Origin: Octopus sinensis
Taxonomy: Eukaryota
Length of the DNA: 64,000 nucleotides
Direction of reading: 5' to 3'
Assembly (NCBI RefSeq): GCF_006345805.1
Contig: NC_042998.1
Coordinates: 31,744,001 to 31,808,000, forward strand
Position 1 is the stretch's first letter. Every line of letters begins with the position of its first letter. The notes under the pieces are model-generated. The model ran no database searches. It had not been told where the DNA came from and saw nothing but the letters and a program-made list of their open reading frames with translations. The translations under genes and the position numbers were made by a program. Of this stretch, positions 25,961-38,199 are shown piece after piece.

Positions 25961-26309
25961 CAACAGATAGAGTTCAGAGGCAGATATGTATGTTTGCTCG
26001 CAGAAAATTAGATCGCATTCTTGTCATCACATCGGCTTACACTAAGGCGAGCTTCTCAGGACAAGAAACCGTCGGTGGATCTTTCGTTATGATGGTCGGA
26101 GTATCATGCAGGACACGATTGCAATAATGAAGTCATACATTCGTGCAGAAGTATGAAATAATGCGATAACACACGCGTGAACACGCAGACACATATACTC
26201 GTGTTTGTATGTATGTATAAATGTGCGCATGTATGTATCAATATCTATCTATCTATATCTGTCTGTCTGTCTGTCTCTCTCTCTCTATATAACACACACA
26301 CACACACAT

Positions 26310-26374
<65 letters not shown>

Positions 26375-27546
26375 TCACACATAAATTATATTTTAGGAGC
26401 TCTTGCTTTTAGCAACCTATACATTTTTATCTGATGAAAATTCATTGGAGAGAAAAGAAACCTTCCTTTTTCATATCAGTATTAAAAAATCGCTTCTTTG
26501 TGTTTCCTTGTATACTGTGCTTTGCATATGAACAATGTAAGAATAGTTAGCTTTTAAGAACCTCAGAGAGAAGAAATCTTGATAACAAAAGTAAATTTAT
26601 TCATTGGCATTTTTGATAAATGTTAAATTAATAACATAAACAACTGATTTACACGACATTGATTTATTTGCCGAACGAAATCTGATCTACGAAAGCATCT
26701 GTCTAGCAATGTTTTATGTAATCAATATTTTCAATATTTCTCACTATCTGATCTTTGGGCAAATGCAAGTAGCGTGAAAATGTATCTAGGTGGAGCAATC
26801 AATTATTGTCTGCGATAGATCGTCGCTTTTGCAATCAGTAAATCTTATCTTGATAAAAAAAAAAATTCAAGCTATTTAGTTTCTAGTTAATATATATTCA
26901 TTGATTTTCCTTCATATTTATGTGATAGATCCTGATTTCAGCGAATTAACATCATGTCGAACATTTCTTTCCCTGTATAATGTTGAACCTGAATACAGGT
27001 TTGTTATCCAGTAATAAGTGTCCCAGCATAATCAACTGCAAAAGCTACAACAGATTTATCATCAGTTCGTTAACTAACATTGATTTCACTCGCCACATTT
27101 ACTCCGCCTTAACCTTAGGCTTTCTGAACTACCATTAGATATCTTGAGATATCATTATCACTCATGAAGAGTAAAACGATATTTTTCACTCAGAGCATTG
27201 TATCTGAGAGATGAAACAGATGAAACATGATATCGATCCGAATTTATTCAGGATTTCTTTCACAAGAAGAAATTTCTTATATATTGCTGTCTACTACAAA
27301 TCGCGGCAAACAAGCGGCCATAACTACAATTCGTGCAGCTGCAGAGGAAAATGCATGGAACATGTAATGCATTAAAGAATAGCATTGTTTGCTACAATCT
27401 GCGAAATAATGCGCGCAAATATGCACATATGTATATATATATACACATATATATTTATATATGCACATGTATATATATATATACATATACATATACATAT
27501 ATATATATGTATATATATGCACATGTATATATATATATATATATAC

Positions 27547-27611
<65 letters not shown>

Positions 27612-27612
27612 T

Positions 27613-27658
<46 letters not shown>

Positions 27659-29363
27659 GCTGTGTGGGTGCGCGCACATGAGTGTGTGTATGCATATAAA
27701 TTAATATATATGTGTGTGTATTCGGGGCAAGAACTCACATTAGCAAAGAATGCAGTGTAAGAAACATAGGGAATACAAAGAAACAATAATAACAGTGGAT
27801 GTCTACAATGAAAACAGAAGCACCAAATGCAAGGAAATGGAAAAATGATGACACATTTCGGATGTAACCCGAAAACTGATGACACATTTCGGGTTACATA
27901 TTCTTTATCAAGAAGAAGCGGTGTTAACACAAAGGATAGAAAACATTTGAGAAATGTACTAAATTGCCGATATGTGTAAGCTTGTCGGAAGAAAGAAGTT
28001 GGGTCATTGTATATATGACCAACAGAAGGGCCTGGACGTTAGTGAGAATAGGAAATGAGGAGGAAAGAAATAGTGTAGAAAGACTGAAAGAGAGTAAAGG
28101 AGAGAGATAAAGAGAGAGTGCGAATGATGGGAGAGAGTGAATGACCGGAAGGGAAGAAAGGGAGAGAAAATAAGACTGAGGAAAAGGCGGAGTGGGAGGA
28201 TTCGATTGTCGATGGTGAGTTTGTAGGAATGCGTGGTGTTGCCATCTGAATATGATTGGAATGGAATCTTATATGCGCCTAGGATTATAAAATCAGTGCA
28301 TTGATATTCGTATCAGTTATTCTTCGATGATTTAAATAAAAGTGCATTTACTCGTGCACACACACACATGTATACATATGTAGGTACACACACACACACA
28401 CACACACATTCACACACACATGTATCAAAAAAAGAAACAGAAAGTAGAAAATGCATTGAGAACTCTATCATGGATATAAATAAGAAAAAATATCTACGTC
28501 TAATTTGTCAAAATATGCGACCTGTTTCAATCGCGGAAAGCGACGATTTACTCACGCTGAAATAAATGGAAAGATAAAGAAGATAAATTAATACAAATTA
28601 ATCATTCATGATAAGAGTTCAGGAAGTTCACATGTTCTTACAAAAAAAAAAAATGCTTCAAGAGTTTCATTTCCTTCCGTTTATTGTTGGGGCGTTTTGG
28701 AGCAGCATCGCTAGAAATAGCTGCCGATAGTCTCTGCAGAAATGTTCATGATTATAGTAGTGGTAACTTTGGCAAAGATTGCAGTAGTTATCTCTCTTTC
28801 TTGGCTGTTATTTGCTTATGAAGATTGTTTCTTAAAGAGTTGTCGAGTTGTGTAATTGCTAAATTATTTAGTTGTTTCTCACCACACGTGTTCATTGTGT
28901 CCTTTTTTGTCTATATTCCTCCTTTCGTTTGCTATCTATGTAGTTATCTTGCTAGCGATGCTGTTTGTCCAATGTAATTTTCCCTAACCTCCTCAGCTTG
29001 TAATTGCATGAATTAAGTTTTCAAATACACTGATGAAGTTTCTTTCATTGTGAAGAGTTGTCTTTGCTTGAAAGGGATCTCTGCTCCATCTGCTGTTACT
29101 GCTATTGCTACCAGTAGGAGCCAGCAAGTAGCACGAGAAGCATATGATTTTTGTAAGAGAAAGATGTAACTTCCAGAACTGATGGCATAAAATATTAACT
29201 TAATTTACTTCAATTTATGTTTTGTTTAATTTTAGCATCAATGAATCGTTTTTTTTAACTGATGAAACCGGTCCCATATTTTGAAAAATGTAAATATATT
29301 CATTATTTTATCCATGATGGAAATCTCAGAGCATTCGCTTCCTCCTATTTTTTAGTTTTTTTA

Positions 29364-29483
29364 GACACCGATAGAATAACTACTAGTCTTACAAAGAATA
29401 CGTTCCGTGGACGATTTGTTCGACTAAAGGTGGTGCTCCAGCATGGCCGCAGTCAAATTACTAAAACAAATAAAATAATAAAA
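29364..29483 (+). mobile_element. SINE family B 3' tail (5'-truncated)
   Basis: accgatagaataactactag...ggtgctccagcatggccgcagtcaa matches 16760-16860. Confidence 0.85.
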
Positions 29484-29507
29484 GTATATGTATATATGTA
29501 TGTATGC

Positions 29508-29580
<73 letters not shown>

Positions 29581-29981
29581 ATATCGGTATATAAATTTTT
29601 TGTGTGCATGCATGTATGTAAGCTTTCCTGTTATTAAGCCTCTACAATTTTGAAAGAATACTCCTTAAAATCTCTGTATTTGTTGGTCAGTTTCATCTGA
29701 TATTTATCACTGTCAAACTATCAGTCAATGAGTATATCGACCTAGCCATATATCTGTCTGAGTGTCTATGCAATTAATCAACTGTCTTTTCGATGAACTA
29801 CCTACCTACCTATCGATCTGTCTGAGAGTGTGTGAAATAGTGCATGAGTGAAATAGTGTGTGAATGTGTGAAATGAATACAAGTGTTCCAGTGTGTGTGC
29901 CTAATATATTCAATGTGTGTGAATACATAGACGTACAAAATAAGTGCATGTGATCTGTAAAGTGAGTATATGGTATGTCAT

Positions 29982-30213
29982 GGTGGAGAGCTAGTAGAAA
30001 CGTTAGCACGCCGGGCGAAATGCTTAGCGGTATTTCGTCTGTCGTTACGTTCTGAGTTCAAATTCCGCCGAGGTCAACTTTGCCTTTCATCCTTTCGGGG
30101 TCGATAAATTAAGTACCAGTTACGCACTGGGGTAGATGTAATCGACTTAATACCTATGTCTGTCCTTGTTTGTCCCCTCTGTGTTTAGCCCCTTGTGGGT
30201 AATAAAGAAATAG
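29982..30213 (+). mobile_element. SINE family A, full length, with a 15-bp target-site duplication
   Basis: ggtatgtcatggtgg at 29972-29986 (overlapping the head) and again at 30213-30227. Confidence 0.95.
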
Positions 30214-30599
30214 GTATGTCATGGTGGGGTTCATAGGTAAAGACACATATTAGACTCGAATGATTCAGGTATATCAATGTGCGTCTTTCATGCACGAGGA
30301 AATAGAATACGAGGCTGAAAGTGATTTTGCTGGACGACGGCGAACAATAATAAAACAGTCGACGAACTGAGAATTAATGCAATCGTGTGAGTTGAAGTAG
30401 CTGGGAAGAGGAAGTATGGAGCTGTTTAAGCGGTCGTCTCGCAGATGATTGGTTGTAATCTGCTTGCGTGAACTTTTTCTCCCTCAATTATTATAAGCTG
30501 TGGAAACGGTACTTGAAACAGTCAAATACAACTAGAATTGTATTTGACTGTATTTGACTCTAGTTGTATTTGACTGTAAAACAGTCAAATAGAACAGGT

Positions 30600-31280
30600 G
30601 AAATAGCTTGAGTTGCAGAAGCGACATTAGTTCGGGACAAGGATGGTAGTTGATGGCCGAGTTACAATAGGCTTGAGAGCAGATGGGTTCGTGCTGGGTG
30701 TTAGTAGGTGATGAAAAACAATGGACGAAAACACGTGCTGGTTAGGGGTTAGGTTTAAGAAAGGGAACTAACAGAGGTGTGGGATCTGAGCGAAAGGGGT
30801 GGAAAATGAGGGGAACTAACAGAGGCATCAAGTTTGGTGCGAATCTGTTGTGTGAGGAAACTGGTGGATCAAAGTTTCGCTGTCTGAGACGGATCTTGGT
30901 AATAAATGTGTTGGCAACCATGGAGTGCAATATAGACGGCCACAAGTACTTTTGGGTCTCACAGACGTTGTCACGGCGACAGTGTCAGTGACGGCAAAGA
31001 AGAGTGAGTAGGGCATGGAAGATTTAGAGACGTTCGGAAAGTAAACAGGAGGGGTATTAAGGTTGCTTTGTACAAGATGGGCGTAAAAAGGAAGAAAGAG
31101 AGAAGGGATAAGAGGCAAATGTAATAAACGTTAATAGAGGGACTTGAAGAAAACGATGTCTAATGATAGGTGGAAAGAGTGGATATAATTGACGAAGATG
31201 ATGTGTTGGCTGTGGGTGGGAGGTAGCTTCGAAAGAATTAAAGAAGCAATTCCGATAGAGTATTTGTCAACTCGGTAAAT
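30600..31280 (-). mobile_element. Degenerate retroelement-like segment (possibly Penelope-related)
   Basis: Purine-rich, GC-elevated block with broken ORFs; no diagnostic motif read. Confidence 0.25.
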
Positions 31281-31371
31281 ATACACGTACGTACATACAT
31301 ACATACATACATACATACATTAATGCCTACATACATACATTCATACATACACACACGTAGAAATATATTCC

Positions 31372-31552
31372 TTTATTCTGTTATTCTTTTACCTGTTTTA
31401 GTCATTTGACTGTGTTTTTAGTCGAAGAAATCAACCCCAGGACATATTTTTGGTAAGCCTAGTATTTATTCTATCGAGTTCTTTTGTCGAATCGCTATGT
31501 TACGGGGACGTAAACAAACGAATATCGATTGTCAAGCTATGGTTGGGGGACA

Positions 31553-31599
<47 letters not shown>

Positions 31600-31751
31600 C
31601 AAACTTCTTTCAGTTTCCGTCTACCAAATTCACTCACAAGGCTTTGGTCGGCCCGAGGTTATAGTAGAAGATACTTGCGCAAGGTGTCACTGGACCCTGG
31701 ATGAAGTAGTTGCTAAGCAAGCTACTTGCCACACAGCCACGCCTGCGCCTA
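31372..31751 (-). mobile_element. SINE family B, near full length, with internal deletions
   Basis: Head cacagccacgcctgcgcct at 31732-31750, core, internal (CA)n and tail. Confidence 0.88.
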
Positions 31752-31808
31752 TGTATATATGTATATTATATACATATATTTGTATGTAAATATATGTGTA
31801 AGTATCTG

Positions 31809-31867
<59 letters not shown>

Positions 31868-32107
31868 TAATTACTATGAAGCATTGCGTAGAATGTATTG
31901 TATAAAGGATCGTGGGAACAAGGCGAAAGAAATGCAAATCGGCAACATTCGTTAGTTTCTTGAAAATGGAGTCATAACCCCGATATATTGAATACAAAGT
32001 AAGTCTACATTAATTTATATAATTGTTTTCTTGTTATTTGCATTGCATTTCCTTCGCATTGTTCTGGTCTTACCCACAATCCTTCATACAACGTCTATAT
32101 ATATATA

Positions 32108-32205
<98 letters not shown>

Positions 32206-33623
32206 CTGACGTGGGATCAGTTTTTTTGTGCTCATGCAAGTGACATCACGTCACTTTGCTCCAGTACATTCAGATATTGTTGCTGTTATCTAAGTTTGAA
32301 GAAAAATGGTAACAATATTTTTTGGTACGATTTTCTCATAGATTATATGCTCTTCAATAACATTATCTCTATAATTTTCTGTCAATGTAAACTCTAATTA
32401 ATGTTATTTATAGTAATTTCTTGGAGATAGAGGTTTCTTTTGAACTAATGTAGAATAAATTTTCTCAAAATGCATTCACCGGAAAGTGAGACTTTGAACG
32501 AAGAAGCTTTATTAGTTAAACACTGCAACACTATTACGGCTCTGTGTCCAAATAGTATCAGCGTAGTTAGGATTAGCAATCTACAATGACGTTTTTATTT
32601 GATATTTATGAACATCTACGAAGGTCACATGATATGCTAAACAACATTGATTTATCTGGAAAGTGGATTGTTTTTTTAATAAAATAAATCACTTTTATTT
32701 CATTGTTTACTAAATTGGCTTTTGTCTGCTGTGTCGATTTTTATTACTAGAGAGAATAACAGTCACAGGTTCCTCGGCAATTTAGATTTTATAAGAGGTT
32801 TTTCAGTGTTGTGTCTAGATATGTATCTTCTGTTGCTGGTAGTGAAATTCGTCGATAAGGTACTGGCGGTTTGCTTCATGTCACTGGAGGCTAATTCGGT
32901 GAATTCTCAGACTTTTATTGTACTAGGCGTATTTTATCGTCGTTGTTGACCATTGTTGATTTTAACGGACAAGGCAGATGTTTTGTATTGATTGATAAAT
33001 GTAATTTTCATTCTATCAGTTATTTTATGGGTATGATATCATTATTGTAAAGAAACCTGCCCTTATTGGAAGCTGACAAGTGTTTATTCCTTTTAGTGAC
33101 AGCAATTAAGCCGAAAATGGATAGACCTTGTAATTTGCGATTATACTTAAAAAAAAACATCAATAATTCTTAATGAAAAGGAAATTTGCACACAATACTT
33201 AACCAAAATAGAAGCGCAGGAGCAAAACTGAAAGCACACAATGGAAATAAATTAATAAAGTCAGAAGCAAAGGGACATTTTTAAGTTTCAAAAATATCAC
33301 GTGAAATTAGTAATTAAGTTATAACAAGAGAGCTTAATTTCCTTATCGATGTTTTACTATGATTATCTTGTTGGTGTCGTTGGTCAAACAAAAGCTAATT
33401 TAGAAAGCTTTCTTTGGTCCTTCGCAGAGAAAGTTATAACATTTTTCGACTGAATATGCATAAAGGTTTCAAAAATGACTTTACAAGTTTTGGAATCTGC
33501 CTTAAAAAAAAAAGAAAAAAAATTATAATTAAGATTGGTGTTTGGCTGCATGATTAGGACTTCGGGTGTATACATTGAGTTATTTAATTACGTTCTAACA
33601 TTGTTAGATATAAATGTAATGTA

Positions 33624-33834
33624 AGGCGATGAGGTGACATAATTGTTAACACGCCAAGCAAGTTTCTTAGCGGTATTTCGTCCGTCTTTACGTTTTGAGT
33701 TAGATGCCATCGAAGTCGACTTAGCTTTTCTTCCATTCGATCGTCAATAAAATAAGTGCCAATTGAACAAACGGGTCATTGAATCGACTTAACCCTTCTC
33801 CACAAATTACTGGCTTTGTGCCAAAATTTAAAAC
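33624..33834 (+). mobile_element. SINE family A variant with alternative tail (ggctttgtgccaaaatttaaaac), degenerate
   Basis: Head and core homologous to family A; tail shared with 47130-47170. Confidence 0.75.
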
Positions 33835-34108
33835 AATATAAATGCGTTATGTTGACTGATTGCTAACTTGTCGACCAAAATACTTAGTGGTATTTATCTG
33901 TCACTTTTTACGGTATAATTTCAATTCCATCGCTTGTCAAATTTATATCTTATTGTAATGGTGTCAATAACACAAAGCAGTCAGGTACAGGAATCAATGT
34001 AAATGATACTACACTCCTTTAAAAGTATCTATACCAATAGTGGGTATTAATAACCATAGATTGCTGGTTTGGTAAGCAAGGAGACAATAACCATTAATGT
34101 GTTTAGTT

Positions 34109-34187
<79 letters not shown>

Positions 34188-34444
34188 ATAAATATATAAA
34201 TTCTTAGTCACATCTCATTGAAATAGATTCTGCATATTCGACAGTATACAAGTCGAGTATACAATATTGTGGCCTTATGTTAAATAGGAATGTAATAATA
34301 TTTACTTTTACTATGCTCATTTATACTGAATATGTATACTATATTATTAAAACCTGGTCTATACGTTTCAAGATTACATGTTTAACATCTGATTTCAAAG
34401 TATATATGTATGTAAATATATATATATATTATATATATATATGC

Positions 34445-34476
<32 letters not shown>

Positions 34477-34491
34477 GTGTATGTATATATA

Positions 34492-34541
<50 letters not shown>

Positions 34542-34735
34542 ACATATATAATTAAATATAAAAAATATATAAATACATACATATATTTATATATATACAC
34601 ATATATACATATAGATATGCAAATATTTATATGAATATTATATATTATATATAAATATTACTTATATATATACAGAACTATATATATGTATATATAATGT
34701 ATATATATATATATATATATATACATATATGCATA

Positions 34736-34821
<86 letters not shown>

Positions 34822-34842
34822 TATATATGCATATATATATAT

Positions 34843-36135
34843 AGGCTGCATAAGATACTTGAGGAAAGATTTATGCCTATGATAACAGATAACTTTACTT
34901 ATCAAAATTGCTGGGGATAAAAATAAACCTTCTTTTCTATAATGTTTTTCAATAAAGCCACCTTCAGCTTCGACAACTGATTCTATATGAGATCTAAATC
35001 ATCTGCATGCTCAAATCAAGTGATCTTTCTTCATTTTGGACTTTACTCTGACTATGGCAGCTTTCAAAGAATCTTTGGTGCTTTGGGTGTGTTAATTGAC
35101 CGCTCTCAAGAACGCTCCACATGTAATAGTCCAATGGATTGAGATCTGGGGAATTAGCAGGCCAAATAATAGGGGACGTGTGTTCATAAACATTTTCAAC
35201 TATCCATTCCTGTGCTGATAGAGCGATATGTGGTAGTGCAGAGTCTTACTGAAACACATATGGCCTACCATTGCATACACTGTCTATCCAGAGCTTAACA
35301 ATTATTTCCAGTCCCTCAATGTAGGCGGTAGAATTAACTCTAAAGCCTTGTGGAATGAAGTAAGGAGGTATCACATGTGCTTCATTGCTGATAACCGTTA
35401 AAACCATGAAAGTTACAGGAAATTTTGTTTACATAACATTTGGAACTTCAGACGGTCTGCACATAACGATTCTACAACATTGAAGAGCTACATCCTCACT
35501 TTTCGAAATGCAGCTTGTGGTGTGCGATTATATTGCGAGTCATTTCTTCTATTAATCCTTTGATCTTGGTCGAAGTTTTTCTCGTTTGAGAAAAACCAAA
35601 TCAAATCTTCTGCTGGATTTTTCAGTTTGTTTAAGAACCTTTTAGATCTTATATAGTGATTTTCTTTTGCTTTTGACATTTCCTCATCATATAAGACTTA
35701 TATCTGATGTCTTCGTGGGCAACATTTCTGACTGCTCCTTCTGACGCATAGAGATCTTTTGCAATAGACCTCATAGAGTTTCTGGGATTATAATCAATGA
35801 TGAGTTGAACTTGCTGGATAAATTCAGATGTTTTGATGATTTCAGAGCGTTTAGAATACTTTTGATGTTTTGAAACTGGTGATACGTTTACATCTTCAGT
35901 CTCTAGCTCTTTACAAACTTTGTAGACGAAAGAATATATAAATATACTAATTAATATGTTTTTTGTATTTTCTGATGGATGCAATTGCGTAGCGGAATAT
36001 ATAATTCTTATGTCGCCAGTGTTACAACCCTTGAGAGTCATGGACAGCCGAGATAGCCCACCCTCAATCGCATTTGAGTGTCGTGGACATATATGTTCCG
36101 ACATTTTTGGGGCTTCTCAACATCTTGCACCCTCA
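34843..36135 (-). mobile_element. Tc1/mariner DD37D (maT) transposon, near full length, inactivated
   Basis: HTH region SMRSIAKDL...VAHEDIRYKSY; WFFSNEKNFDQD (first D changed to N); YVFQ*DSA; WPANSPDLNPLDYY; 37 residues between D (35243-45) and D (35129-31); degenerate TIRs aggctgcataagatacttgag / ctcaacatcttgcaccct. Confidence 0.92.
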
Positions 36136-36363
36136 ATCCAGGCGGATGTACGATGTTGACAAGCCAAAGAATTAACGAAACATCGATGTTCATCACTCTC
36201 AAATGGGGTCTTTGACTCTATGGTGTTTTAACCCCGGCGACATGAGAGTTGTATACTCCGCCACGACATTGCAGCCACCGAAAGAAACACGAAGCATATA
36301 CATTAGTATATGTGTTTAATAATATCTATTATACTAGAGTTGCTTTCATTTCATCTCTCTCTG

Positions 36364-36433
<70 letters not shown>

Positions 36434-36864
36434 ATTACATTTATAATTCTTGTATCTTGTGTATTATCTCACTTCAAAATGGCAGTGTTTTATATTGTAG
36501 AGCTTCTATAACTCTAGGTGCTTTTGTCGTCTGTATGTCATGTGTAGCTGTTCTAAGCCTAATTCAATTTCGTTTGAAACATCTGCTGCTGCAAATATAA
36601 TCAATGCTCTACTTTTTCTATACTTGATGTCAATATGATACCGTAGAACACTTCGTTGCTTTAATGTTCTTACGCAACAATGCGCAACAGTTTCAATGTT
36701 CTTCTTATACAGAGAGAACATGACGTCAGGTACAATTGGTTTTATTTTTATGATTTTTTTTTCTTTTGCAGATCATTAAGATGAATTCAGAGGCGTGTGT
36801 AGCGATTGTTAGTTTTTGAATAGGGTAAAATCTGCAAATGATAGCACTTTGTACGCAAATTTGG

Positions 36865-36990
36865 AAAGGCGTGGCTCAGTGGTTGTCGTTTCAATTTCTG
36901 AACCGGGAAATGCGTTTGTTCTTGAGCAAAACACTTCATTTCACTTTCCTCCAGTCCACACATCTAGCAATAATGAGTAATACTACTACG
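36865..36990 (+). mobile_element. SINE family C head and core, degenerate
   Basis: ggcgtggctcagtggtt...ttcttgagcaaaacacttcatttcac...ctccagtccac. Confidence 0.65.
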
Positions 36991-37309
36991 TACCGGTGTC
37001 TCGTCCAGATGGGAGGAACATATACGCTTCAGAATCTGAGAAACCTACCTTACGAGCTTATGGTTCAGGAAAGATCTTTTATATCTTTTCCTTACGCAAA
37101 TAAACTTTCTGAAATTTTTGCACAGATGTCTTAAGGTGATTGGGTATGTGTGCTACGGCACAATTAGATGTACAGGTATACAGGGATTTTCTTTGATGAC
37201 TGGCTTCAGAAGATACGTACTGCATTTCGACAGATACAGAAGTTCACTATTTTAATAAGAACTGAATAAATTCGTTTAGATTTCTTCACTCGTTTACTTA
37301 CAGACTTAC

Positions 37310-37427
37310 CTATTGACCCTGATTTGCTGGATTACGTTGCAATATTATTACTGATCCCATCGTAATTTTTTACTTGGATTCGCCAGATCGCTATTGCTAC
37401 GCAGTCCTTTACATTCAACGTAAGAGG
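37310..37427 (-). other. Exon-like cassette (118 nt) with consensus splice sites; all frames closed
   Basis: Acceptor gtgtttttgcag|, donor aatag|gtaagt; phase-0 frame PLTLNVKDCVAIAIWRIQVKNYDGISNNIAT*SSKSGSI. Confidence 0.4.
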
Positions 37428-38199
37428 CTGCAAAAACACACACACAAATAATGAAACCAGCAAAAACATATGACTGGAGTAATTTTTATCAAATTAGTAC
37501 CTGGCTCCATATTTGTGCTGCACACCCCACTCACAGACATTAAATTTTCCCGTTCTATTTAAGCCTCTTGTCAAGTACACACGTCGATTATTGAAGCTAA
37601 TTAACAGGTGGTGATTCGTTTGACTTCTTTTACCAGCGTCTATGGAATCTAAGTACGTCACGCTTCAATTCAACATTACAGAGCCATAATATTCTAATAA
37701 TGCAACAATCTCTAATAGTAGCTGTTTGCTCAGGTTATGTTGTCTTTTGTTTATTGTTTTGTGCATTTTATTTGTTTTGCATCTAAACTGCTTACAGGGC
37801 TTAGTATTTTTCAAAAGGTGTATCAGTAAAAATATGGAGAGTAATCAACAGATAAATATTGATGGGGATCTTGAGGATTAGGTCTCAGTAACTGGATACA
37901 CAATGTTCTATCTTGAGTCAATGGTAGATTATTTGACACACATATAAAGGGAAGACAGGAGAGCAAATACAAATTGAAAGTCATAACAATATTAGTAATT
38001 ATCTTTATTATTTGTCGTTTCTAAAATACATCAGGAATGATATTTATTCTTAAATACAACTTAAGTAAATATTAAAATACATGCATAAATTCTTCACGGA
38101 TATTAGCAACATTCCAAGTTAACAAATGTAGTATAAGAATACCCATAAAACATTTTCGAATCATAGAATCGTCGATTTCCGGAAGTGCCTATGACTCTG

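Noticed and set aside
26930-27075. Minus frame DDKSVVAFAVDYAGTLITG*QTCIQVQHYTG resembling an integrin calf junction
   Set aside because: Opposite strand to the other integrin-like hint, internal stop, no clear splice frame; likely over-fitting.
27845-27885. C/D snoRNA (ATGATGA...CTGA) or hammerhead reading
   Set aside because: Only about 35 nt between the boxes; GAAA precedes rather than follows CUGAUGA; explained by local duplication.
30738-30760. TTAGGG-like interstitial telomere
   Set aside because: At most two imperfect units.
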